Shown here: piece by piece, positions 1 through 9,200 of the stretch
Position numbering within the stretch: the stretch's first letter is position 1
How the letters are laid out: every line of letters begins with the position of its first letter
The notes under the pieces: model-generated
Database searches by the model: none
What the model saw: the letters and a program-made list of their open reading frames with translations, nothing else
What the model was told of the DNA's origin: nothing
NCBI GenBank assembly: GCA_903860135.1
Contig: CAIOPG010000008.1
Location: forward strand, 64,127 to 128,126
Source of the DNA: Candidatus Omnitrophota bacterium
Lineage (GTDB): Bacteria > Omnitrophota > Gorgyraeia > Zapsychrales > Fredricksoniimonadaceae
DNA length: 64,000 nt
Direction: 5' to 3'
Made by a program: the position numbers and the translations under genes

Positions 1-275
1 CCCCAGCCGGCCAGCCATGTCTGGCACGTATCCACCGACCATGTTTCCAGCACCTCGAGGGTCTTGTACCTTTCATCTTTCAGGAAAGACACCGCCTCCT
101 GCCGGATGACCGTATCCCGGTTGAGGACAACGATCGGCCGCGGATCGATCTTCTTGCAACGATCGACCGTCCACCAGAAATACCATTCACACTTCTTGTT
201 GTTCTCATACCCCATGTAGGGGAAAATGATCAACGGTTTGGAATGAATGCCTTTGCTCTCTGAAAGATGTGCCAT
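1..275 (-). CDS. hypothetical protein (5' part only, runs off the window edge)
   Basis: Manual translation from ATG at 275: MAHLSESKGIHSKPLIIFPYMGYENNKKCEWYFWWTVDRCKKIDPRPIVVLNRD..., open to position 1; follows the MFS gene on the same strand. Confidence 0.6.
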   Translation of the reverse strand, partial: MAHLSESKGIHSKPLIIFPYMGYENNKKCEWYFWWTVDRCKKIDPRPIVVLNRDTVIRQEAVSFLKDERYKTLEVLETWSVDTCQTWLAGW

Positions 276-304
276 ATTATTCTTCAACGTTTAAGCGCGG
301 ATGT

Positions 305-1837
305 TCACGCCTGCCCCCGTTTAGCTTCCAACTGTTTGCGGATCTCATACGCCTTGTCTTCCGAAACCTCAAAGGTCGCGATAATGTAAATCGCGATCAG
401 CGTGGTCACGATCGGGATGCCGACATCGAACAGGCGCATATAAAACAGGGCATCGGGCGACTGATGCAACCCTAACTCCTGCTTGAAACCAGTGGCATTG
501 ATAAGAATACCTGCCAAAAGAGACGCGCCGGCCATGCCCAGTTTCTGTATCCACCAGTAAATGCCGCTGAACATCCCTTCCCGACGGGTACCGGTCTGCA
601 ATTCATCAAGATCGCACACATCCGCGACCATCGAAGGAACCATGGTAAAAAGCGATCCCAAGTGAAAGGCCAAAAATGGCGTGGAGATCAACAAGAGATA
701 AGGATGCTCCGGATTATAACCAATCCATTTTAATCCATACCCCACAATCGCCAACGACATAGTGAACAAGAATGTTTTACGCTTGCCCATCTTGGTGGAG
801 ATCCATGTTGTCAGCGGGATGGCAATAAAGGCTGTACAAATAGCACCAATCATGCCATTAAATCCCAACAAAGTTCCGCCATTCTGATACATCAGATCCA
901 TTGAGCTTTGCCCACCAAAGACGTAAAAGAAAATGACATACACGCTGAAAGAAGCCGCCAGCATAAAGCCGTTGAAGATCAAGAATGTCACGGCACACAA
1001 CTTGACAAACGGCAGGCACTGGAAAGAAGTCACACAATTAGCAACCAGATCCTTGATAACACCCATGGCGCCTTTTTCTTTTTTGGTTCGGGGTAAATTG
1101 GCATAAATTTCCCTGCTGAAAATCGCCGGCAGAATACCAAACACCGCAACAAAAACGCCCACAATGATCGCCACCACACGCGCACCGTGAACCATATCTG
1201 TAAACCCGGTATGCACCACAAACTTCGGGATAATGGTGAACGTGTAGTGCCACAATTTGATGGTCCATTCAATAACAAGATCTTTAGAGCTGATGACCAA
1301 AAGCACCCACGGTGCGATCATCCAAACCGGCTGGGCAAAAAAACTGGCAAAGGCTTGCAGGCGCGTGCGTTCATGATAGTCAGGGGTCATTTCATAACCC
1401 AGCGCGATCCAGGGGATGGAGAAACAGGCAAAAACTATAACGAAAAGGCACTGAACCCCCAGCACATACCAGAAATAAAAACTCTCACTCTGCCCCTGAT
1501 GGAGCTGAAACATCAACGCCAGCAAAATACCGGACACAAGGGCGCCAAAAAAGATCCATGGCCTGCGGCGACCATATTTCGTCCGCGTATTATCTGAACT
1601 GTAGCCGATCAGCGGATCTGAAAAAGCATCAATAAAACGAGGCACCGCCCCGATCAGTCCAACCGCGACAGGATTCATCCCCAGTCCGAGATTCAACACC
1701 ACGATCAACTGCCCTATGGCAGCACCAGCGAACTGATTAACAAAAGAGCCAAAACCATAAACAGCTTTCTGAAGAAAAGGGATACGGTCTTTCTTGGCTG
1801 TTATATGGTGGGTTGAATGCTCCATGCCTTGTCCCAT
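305..1837 (-). CDS. glycoside-pentoside-hexuronide (GPH/MelB-like) MFS sugar:cation symporter
   Basis: ~12 hydrophobic segments; motifs DAFSDPLIGYSSDNTRTKYGRRRPW, YEMTPDYHERT, DVCDLDELQTGTRREG. Confidence 0.9.
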   Translation of the reverse strand: MGQGMEHSTHHITAKKDRIPFLQKAVYGFGSFVNQFAGAAIGQLIVVLNLGLGMNPVAVGLIGAVPRFIDAFSDPLIGYSSDNTRTKYGRRRPWIFFGALVSGILLALMFQLHQGQSESFYFWYVLGVQCLFVIVFACFSIPWIALGYEMTPDYHERTRLQAFASFFAQPVWMIAPWVLLVISSKDLVIEWTIKLWHYTFTIIPKFVVHTGFTDMVHGARVVAIIVGVFVAVFGILPAIFSREIYANLPRTKKEKGAMGVIKDLVANCVTSFQCLPFVKLCAVTFLIFNGFMLAASFSVYVIFFYVFGGQSSMDLMYQNGGTLLGFNGMIGAICTAFIAIPLTTWISTKMGKRKTFLFTMSLAIVGYGLKWIGYNPEHPYLLLISTPFLAFHLGSLFTMVPSMVADVCDLDELQTGTRREGMFSGIYWWIQKLGMAGASLLAGILINATGFKQELGLHQSPDALFYMRLFDVGIPIVTTLIAIYIIATFEVSEDKAYEIRKQLEAKRGQA

Positions 1838-1896
1838 GCATTACCTCCGATGTGTTGGATGATTATAAGATTGACAGACGGATCTACAGCCCGTCA

Positions 1897-2784
1897 TTAT
1901 GCTTTGACCGCAGAAGCCGCTGTGCGCGGCTGGCGCGCGCCGGTCCTGGCATAATCCAGGATCTTCGCGAGCAGGCCCTTCATGTCTTTGCGCGACACGA
2001 TCATATCGAGCAGCCCGTGGGCCAGCATGAATTCCGATGTTTGAAAACCCTTGGGGAGTTTCTGCCGCACGGTTGACTCGACCACGCGCGGGCCCGCAAA
2101 ACCCAGGAGGGCTTTGGGCTCGGCGATAATAATATCACCGATGCCGGCAAACGACGCCATGATACCGCCCATGGTGGGATTGGTCAGCACGGAAATATAC
2201 ACGAGCCCGGCTTTGCCATGACGCGATAACGCCGCGCAGGTCTTGGCCATCTGCATGAGCGAAATGCACCCCTCGTACATGCGTGCCCCGCCGCCGGAAC
2301 CTGACACAATGATCATCGCCAGTTTATGCGCCGTCGCGTACTCCACCGCCCGCGTCACCTTTTCGCCAACCACCGAACCCATCGACCCCATGATGAACTG
2401 CGAATCCGTCACCGCGATAACCGCAGGGCGTCCGTCGATCTTGCCGTGGCCGGTGATCGCCGCATCGTTTAACCCCGTCAACTTTTGATCGCTGGCGAGC
2501 TTTTCTTTATATGTTTTGACCCCTTTGAACTCGAGCGGATCCATCGACAACATATCAGGATCCATCTCGACAAAGGTCCCCTCGTCGATCAACACATCCA
2601 GGCGCTGGCGCGCGGTCAGCGTCATGTGATAACCGCACTTGGGGCAAAGGCTCTGATTACTGTCCACTTCTTTGGTATACGAAGGCTGGTCGCAGTCCGG
2701 GCATTTCAGCCAGACGCCGTCAGGAATAGCTTTTTTACGCGGGACACGCACAAACGTGTTACTTTTTTTTCCAAAAAGGCTCAT
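1897..2784 (-). CDS. accD: acetyl-CoA carboxylase carboxyltransferase beta subunit
   Basis: WLKCPDC...CPKC zinc ribbon, GSMGSVVGEK, GGARMYEG, GFAGPRVVE; start taken at ATG 2784 after GGAG. Confidence 0.95.
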   Translation of the reverse strand: MSLFGKKSNTFVRVPRKKAIPDGVWLKCPDCDQPSYTKEVDSNQSLCPKCGYHMTLTARQRLDVLIDEGTFVEMDPDMLSMDPLEFKGVKTYKEKLASDQKLTGLNDAAITGHGKIDGRPAVIAVTDSQFIMGSMGSVVGEKVTRAVEYATAHKLAMIIVSGSGGGARMYEGCISLMQMAKTCAALSRHGKAGLVYISVLTNPTMGGIMASFAGIGDIIIAEPKALLGFAGPRVVESTVRQKLPKGFQTSEFMLAHGLLDMIVSRKDMKGLLAKILDYARTGARQPRTAASAVKA

Positions 2785-2834
2785 GACGATCTCCACACCC
2801 GCCAAACCGCCTGCCCGAGGCAGGAAGGCCGCGG

Positions 2835-4106
2835 TTAAAGTTTATAAAGGGCAAGCCCTGACAGCGCCTTGGGATAAAAATAGGTGGTCTTGGGCGGCAT
2901 CTTCTCGCCATTCAAAGCGATCACGCGCAACTGGTCAATGCGCACCGGATTGAGGATAAAAGCCGCCTCGGCCTGGCCGTTATCCACCGCCGTGAAGCAG
3001 GCATCCATGTCCTTGTTGCAATACGTGATATCTTCGGACTTGATGTCCAGCTTGTCAAAGACAAAGGCCTTGAGGATCAACGAATCCAGGCAACGGTAAT
3101 CATCCGAACCTTCCTTGATGAACTCATTGATCTGGCTTTTGTTCTTCAGGCGCAGGAGCTGTATCCCTTTACGGGTATATAGCCCGAACGCATGCTCGTT
3201 GCGCCCCGCCTTGGCCAGCATGACCGCGAGGTCTTCCTTCTTCTTGATGCTGTCGATGCGAAAAAGCGTTTCCAGGAACCCGATGTCCCGAGGAAATGTT
3301 TTGATGATGCGATGGATGGGGAAAATCTGCAGTTCACGCGAATCGATATTCGTGAAATACGTCATCACATAATTCCAGGGCTCGTCGCCGGTGGCGTCGG
3401 GAGTCTTCTCGAGCATCAGCTCGCGGTAGCGCCGGGATACTTCATACCGGTGATGGCCGTCAGCGATAAAAAGGTTCTGATTCTCAAAAACATCAGCCAC
3501 CTGCCCGATCAGGTCCGGATCATCGAGGCGCCAAACCATGTTGCGCGTGCCGTCATCTTCGACCACATCCACAAACGGCTTGGTCATCGCCACCTTGCGC
3601 TGAAAGATCCCCTCAACCTTTTTCTGGCTATCGGAAAAACAGACAAAGATCGGGCTGCACGCCGCCTGGAGCGCTGTCCACAGCTTGAAGCGGTCTTCTT
3701 TGGCACCCGCGTGCGTTTTCTCATGCGGATGGATGCGCGTCTTTTCATTATCGATCTTCATGACCGCCAGGAACCCCATGCGGCTGTGGCGTTCACCGAC
3801 GATCTTGTATTCCTGGCGCGTATAATAAATGCACGGCTTCGCATCCTGGACCAGGACACCCGCCTTGAGCCATTTTTCAAACGTCTCGGCCGCCTTGGCG
3901 TAACGGGCATCATCTTCCCCGTGCCGGGCATCCGCCTTGGCGAGCATCACATGGATAAAATTAAAAGGACTGCGCTTCTTGAGGGCCGCTTCCTGTTCCG
4001 GGGATATCACATCATACGGCGGGCAAACGATCTTCGCCATGTCGCCGACTTTATCCGTGTTATACACAATACCATTAAAAGGTTTTATCACTGACATCCG
4101 CCGCAT
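2835..4106 (-). CDS. DUF1015 family protein
   Basis: PPYDVIS, IHPHEKT, IADGHHRY, MPPKTTYFYPK motifs. Confidence 0.9.
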   Translation of the reverse strand: MRRMSVIKPFNGIVYNTDKVGDMAKIVCPPYDVISPEQEAALKKRSPFNFIHVMLAKADARHGEDDARYAKAAETFEKWLKAGVLVQDAKPCIYYTRQEYKIVGERHSRMGFLAVMKIDNEKTRIHPHEKTHAGAKEDRFKLWTALQAACSPIFVCFSDSQKKVEGIFQRKVAMTKPFVDVVEDDGTRNMVWRLDDPDLIGQVADVFENQNLFIADGHHRYEVSRRYRELMLEKTPDATGDEPWNYVMTYFTNIDSRELQIFPIHRIIKTFPRDIGFLETLFRIDSIKKKEDLAVMLAKAGRNEHAFGLYTRKGIQLLRLKNKSQINEFIKEGSDDYRCLDSLILKAFVFDKLDIKSEDITYCNKDMDACFTAVDNGQAEAAFILNPVRIDQLRVIALNGEKMPPKTTYFYPKALSGLALYKL

Positions 4107-4194
4107 TTCCTTCCTTGATTTTGATATTCAACCCCGTCAAACATCCATTTAGTATACAAAGAAAATCTGATTTGACAAGAAAAGGTTACACGAA
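4107..4194. repeat. ~88 bp direct repeat, copy 1 (contains a promoter-like TTGTCA-N16-TATACT on the minus strand)
   Basis: ttccttccttgattttgatattcaacccc...aggttacacgaa matches 5507-5593 with 2 substitutions and 1 indel. Confidence 0.92.
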
Positions 4195-4232
4195 ACAGTG
4201 GGAACGAAACAGGTACAGGGAGAACGTAACTC

Positions 4233-4271
4233 TTATTGGTAAACCTCAGAACGTTTCGCGATCTTAGTCAT
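4233..4271 (-). pseudogene. 12-codon stub resembling a MazF/PemK toxin N-terminus
   Basis: MTKIAKRSEVYQ*; ATGA-coupled to the upstream antitoxin-like fragment; KRxEVY resembles MazF KRGEVY. Confidence 0.35.
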
Positions 4272-4468
4272 GACGACAGGCCAAGTTCCTTTTCGATCCT
4301 GGCAGAAGGGATGCGGGGCGTTTTACGCGAAGCTTCTATCTCTTTCCAAAACTTTGGATCAGCGTATTCCATGGATTCAATCAGATCTTCCCAAACATTC
4401 TGAGGTAAAAGAACCCCTTTTGCCTGGCCTTTACTGTTGACCAGCCAGATTATTCTTGTGAGCGGGTT
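4268..4468 (-). pseudogene. start-less antitoxin fragment (Phd/YefM-like)
   Basis: Open frame ...IIWLVNSKGQAKGVLLPQNVWEDLIESMEYADPKFWKEIEASRK...ELGLSS*; no start codon before an in-frame TAA at 4472-4474. Confidence 0.5.
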
Positions 4469-4820
4469 AACTTAACGGCAGGCCTAATAAATCGCGCAAC
4501 CTTGAATCTATTTCTTTCTGCATGGAAACACTAACATCTCCCAAAAAGCGCGCCGTGCTTGATTGTAACAGGCAAAAGATCTTATCTGTCTTGACCAAAG
4601 ATGCCACATGCAACCCGGTCCTGCTAAAATCAACATGCGTCGAAGAAATCAGGAGGTCAACTGACCGCGGCGAATCAATCACTGAACTAATGGCGATAAA
4701 TAGCGCGTCTTGACTTGTGCGATTGTATTGTTCAGAAGATATAACGAGGGCAGGACGAACTTTATTCCCAATCAAATCAGAAAAAGGATATTTAATCAGT
4801 ACAATATCCCCTTTCTTCAC
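4467..4820 (-). CDS. type II TA toxin, PemK/MazF family
   Basis: KKGDIVLIKYPFSDLIGNKVRPALVIS...AISS signature. Confidence 0.88.
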   Translation of the reverse strand: MKKGDIVLIKYPFSDLIGNKVRPALVISSEQYNRTSQDALFIAISSVIDSPRSVDLLISSTHVDFSRTGLHVASLVKTDKIFCLLQSSTARFLGDVSVSMQKEIDSRLRDLLGLPLS

Positions 4821-5053
4821 GACAAAGCCCTGCCATCTTCAAGCGTATAAATATCTTCAGCCGGATTGTCGAGGAATGAAAACATCCCTGTTTGAAAGGG
4901 AAGCCGCATTAATTCTTGGTCAGAAATTCCACCTTGAACTAAAGTCGGGGCAAAGACAAGGGTGCGATTAAAGAAAAAGGTCGCTTCAGCCGCGATCTCT
5001 GGTTTCTGATTTATTTTATAGCCAAGCGTCTCATGATCAATTGTTTGTGTCAT
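4817..5053 (-). CDS. putative antitoxin of the MazF-like toxin
   Basis: 78 aa, 4-nt overlap with the toxin, acidic tail FSFLDNPAEDIY typical of small MazF partners. Confidence 0.6.
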   Translation of the reverse strand: MTQTIDHETLGYKINQKPEIAAEATFFFNRTLVFAPTLVQGGISDQELMRLPFQTGMFSFLDNPAEDIYTLEDGRALS

Positions 5054-5056
5054 CGC

Positions 5057-5455
5057 CTACACCCCCGATTGTGAAATTTGAAACCGTCTGGCGATGATGG
5101 GCTCGCTATCACATAATACTTCAAATCTATATTCACCGTAATCAGGAAAAGGAACATTGATCATTTCAAAATTAAATTCAACAATTTGCTTCGGGCTCTG
5201 AAAATTAATCTGCCCTTCCATCCCAAACAAATCAGTTTCTTTGCCTACTTGCAAACAGCGCAACCGCATCGTGTAGACCCCCGTGCCCTCTGTTAAGGAA
5301 AGAAATACATTTAAACGAGGATGCGCACAGGGCACCGTTGACGTTGTAATATTATTGAAAAGCCCCACAAGAGACTTCTTCCCCGTCGTCTTGTCGTCAA
5401 TAACAACATCACAAATCGCCATCACTAAAGCCATTGGCTTAGGTTTTTTAATCAT
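5057..5455 (-). CDS. DUF6941-like hypothetical protein
   Basis: AICDVVIDDKTTGKKSLVGLFNNI...FPDYGEYRFEV pattern; start likely MIKKPKP (ORF track extends to 5539 into the repeat). Confidence 0.65.
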   Translation of the reverse strand: MIKKPKPMALVMAICDVVIDDKTTGKKSLVGLFNNITTSTVPCAHPRLNVFLSLTEGTGVYTMRLRCLQVGKETDLFGMEGQINFQSPKQIVEFNFEMINVPFPDYGEYRFEVLCDSEPIIARRFQISQSGV

Positions 5456-5506
5456 ATGATGAGCACGCTCAGGATAATGGTCAAAAGAAACTTGGGGCGA
5501 AAATAC

Positions 5507-5593
5507 TTCCTTCTTGATTTTGATATTCAACCCTGTCAAACATCCATTTAGTATACAAAGAAAACCTGATTTGACAAGAAAAGGTTACACGAA
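5507..5593. repeat. ~88 bp direct repeat, copy 2
   Basis: Near-identical to 4107-4194. Confidence 0.92.
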
Positions 5594-5611
5594 GAAGGGC
5601 AAGAAAGAAAC

Positions 5612-5944
5612 TCAACGCAAGCGCCGCGCGGCATAGGTGAAGGGCAAGAAATACTTCCGCCAGGAGGCATCGGTGGAACCAAACTCGTTTGAGCCCATAA
5701 AGAAATCAACAACCGCCTCGCGCACACGCGCCACTTCCTTAAGGCGCGGCAGGCCCGATACGCTGTCCAATGTCAGATCCAGAAGCTCCAGGGCCCTTTC
5801 CACGGCCCTGCGGCTGTAAGCGGGATTCTGCTTCACCTGCCAGTTGAGCGCGCGCTCCACCTCACTGCCGATATTGGCCATTTGCGCACACAGCGTCAAT
5901 TCCTTCCAACGCCCGGCAGCCAGATCCTTGTGCTGATAACTCAC
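5612..5944 (-). CDS. conserved hypothetical protein (helical)
   Basis: 110 aa, RWKELTLCAQMANIGSEVERA...ERALELLDLT...KEVARVRE; GC-rich coding pattern. Confidence 0.75.
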   Translation of the reverse strand: MSYQHKDLAAGRWKELTLCAQMANIGSEVERALNWQVKQNPAYSRRAVERALELLDLTLDSVSGLPRLKEVARVREAVVDFFMGSNEFGSTDASWRKYFLPFTYAARRLR

Positions 5945-6057
5945 GCTGTCACCCGCTGCATGACAAGACCCATGACAAAATCCCCAAACATCCCGGCCGC
6001 CATCTGGCGAAGTTCCACGCGGGAAATTGTATCCGTTATTATTTTCAATTTTTCCAT
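5941..6057 (-). pseudogene. internally deleted DUF5674-like gene
   Basis: MEKLKIITDTISRVELRQMAAGMFGDFVMGLVMQRVTA* after a GGAG RBS; resembles the DUF5674 N-terminus but is only 38 aa. Confidence 0.45.
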
Positions 6058-6189
6058 CTCCCTGCCATTATTCAACCCCAAAAACCAGTGCTTACTATAA
6101 CGCCTGCCATAATCCGGGTCAATCTTGATCTTTTCCTCATGTTATGGGAAACTACCACCTTTTATTCACTTGGCAAAGATAATCAAGAA

Positions 6190-6217
6190 CAAAAGCCCGT
6201 CATAAGACGGGCTTTTG
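6190..6217. terminator. intrinsic (bidirectional-type) terminator
   Basis: caaaagcccgtc-ataa-gacgggcttttg perfect 12-bp stem 21 nt past the stop of 6239-10021. Confidence 0.85.
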
Positions 6218-6238
6218 AAGGATAACATGAAACGGTAC

Positions 6239-9200
6239 TTATGACGGCAACAGGCTCTTGACCGGGGTGATGTTAAGGATCACCGGCCGAAACCCGCTCA
6301 CGCCATCAGCCTTGATCCGCGCCAACTCCGCCGGATCCACCGTAACCTTCATCCCCGCGCCCGTGCGCTCGACCTTGAGGTTCAGCTGAGCCGGGTCGAA
6401 GTCGATACCACCGGTGGCGGAATTGTCACGAACCTCACGCATCAAACTTTGCCGTTCCGCAGTCATCTTAACATGATTCAATGTCCACTGAACATCTCGA
6501 CTATTCACACTTGTTTTTCCATCTTGTCCCAGGAAATTCTTCATTGTTATCGGCTCAACACCCGACTCTCTACTGGCGGGAATAATTAGCCTAGGATTCG
6601 TCACAGCCATTTCATCAAACCTCCCATGAATAATGTCGGCAAACGACGTTCCTTTATAATCCGCGATAAGAGATCTGTTAACAAACCTCGGCCCCCCTGT
6701 ATGCACTAATGAAATAATGATTTCATTTTCATACAACTCTAATTTGCTAACCTTTTCCCATCCATTTGAAGAAATATCCCAAACAGTCGGCTCTTCGTTA
6801 CCAACCACCACCCCCTGCAATGCAACATTAGCAATTCCAGGTGCAGCCGTTAAAGGCATATTAATATCACTCTCTTGAAGTATAAAATCCTTAAGATGTA
6901 GGTTATCTGGGACAATAAACTTACTATTTTGAAGATAAGAATTTCCATCCAAAATTAATTTAACACGCTTTGTGGGATCTGGATTTCTAATCGTCACATT
7001 TTCTAAGATCACATGCGCCCCGTCAGGAACAACAAGCTCTATGGTTTCATCAATTTGCACACGGCCTATCCTCGTTTCTTTACCGGGCATACTTTTTGCT
7101 TTATCATGAAAACCTCTAATATACCGATCAACATTCCCATCATCCTGAAATCCATTAACTTGACCAACAAGAATTTTATCTTCCTTCACAGAAACAGGCT
7201 TTGTCACAGCTGTATAAAATTTCTGTTCCTCCGCTGATAACGTTGCAAAGAAAGCAGGATTATACTGTTTCCCAACTGTTAAATCAAAATAACTTCCAGG
7301 GAATATACGTGCTGACTGTCCATTCATTACCCCTTCCTTATACGCAACCTGCTGCTGATCAAAAGCATCCCCAGTGTAAACAAGCAAAAACGCATTAGGA
7401 ATAATGCTGTTTGTATCAATCTTCTTTAACATAAAAAGCATTTGAACAGGCGTAGGTTTTTCCTGAAATAGTTTTTGCACTCCCGTATTTGAATCTGCAA
7501 AGTTTTCCCCCAAATCATGCCATTTATTCTTTTTAATACGTGCAATAGCAGCAGCCAAAGCAGGTGATTTCTTAATGACTGCGTTTTCCGTAATTCCGTC
7601 TTCTTTACCGTCATTGGCTTGAACCAACTCATCCAAAGCTTGAAAAACAGCTTGTTTATCTTGCGGCGCGAAAACCTGTCCAGGAACGCCAAGAATAGTT
7701 ACCCCGAAATTTCCATCATTCTTAAGTTCTGATATTTGCCGAGATCCAACCTTGATACCACCCACAAAATTATATGTTCCATCAGATGCCGCCCAAACCA
7801 GTCGACGCTGAGCACCTTCACCAAAATGAAGCATTTGTGAACGAACGGCCAGGATTGTTTTCATCACTTCCAAATAATATCTTGACCCATTAGCCGTTGG
7901 GAAATTACCGATATGCCCATTTTTTACTGTCGGCGGACCGCCACGATCTTTCGTGCCACCATCTGTAATAATATTGACATTAGCATTTTTAAAAAATTCA
8001 TATCCCATTGTATTCTGCACCGCCTGCACCGCAGATGTCATCCCGCATCCATCCCCCCTCAAAACCTTAACAGACTCTTCAACACTCAAAAATATCTGCA
8101 CATACCCATTGTATTGTTGAGATATTTGTTTCATAAACTCAAGGTACGCAATATGCGAATTCTCAGAAGCTCTTTTAATATTAGTTACAAAATACTGCAC
8201 GCCTAAAACACCACTCTTTAGTGCCGCCTGAAAAACCGCATCATTACGATCAGATTTTTCCTGAGTCTCAAAAGAAAACGGTTCTTTAACTTTTAATTTC
8301 CTAGCTTCTTCCTCTGTTATTCCATTTTCAATATATTGACCAACAACATCCTGAACATCACTCACGCTCATTGTTGTTAAATCAATAGGCTTGGGAGGAT
8401 TCTCCGTCTTTGCTAAAAAAAGCGCTGGCTTTGTCTCTTTGGGGCCATCAAGCTCATTAACACGGGCTTCTTCATAAATCCTATCAATTGCCGAAATATC
8501 ATGCCGCTCTGCCGCTTGTATAATTTGCTGAGAATGACGATTATTTTTTTCATAAAACATCTTTATCTTCTCGATCTTTACCAACTGCTCTTTTTGTCCC
8601 GCCACATCATTATCATCCCAGCGATCAATTAAATGCCCAAATCCATTTTCAGCTGCAAAAAATAATGTTGCTCTTTCCGGCGCATCCACCTGAGAACGCT
8701 CAAAATGAACTTTCGCTCTTTCTGGCAAATTAGAGCTTTTAACAAACTCAACCTGCTCTTGTGGCGTCGCAGCCCTGTCAAATGTCGTCTGCGGCCTCGC
8801 TTCAGGCTTCCCTGGCTTCTGCGTAATAGCAACCTTAACACTACTCAAATCATGACCCGCATCAGCCGCATCCCGAACCTGTACCGGCAATTTTTCAGCC
8901 CTGTCAACCTTTTGAGCATTCTCCCGAACCTTTGCCGCTAGTTCCGTACCCTGAAACCCCCCCGAAAAATACTTGCGCGGGAGGGTTTCCTGGGTGACGG
9001 GGTCTACGTCTTCTTTGATGTAATTGAACACGCCTTCTTTATAGGCGGCGATGTAGCGTTGGTAGATCTTTTCTTTGTCGGTCTTGTCGAGGATATCGAC
9101 GCCGTCGACTTTGTTCTTGTCGGCATAAACCTGGCCGAGGAGGCTGTCTTTAAGGTTGTTCTTGTACCACATGGCCAGCACCATCGCCTGGTAAACCTGG

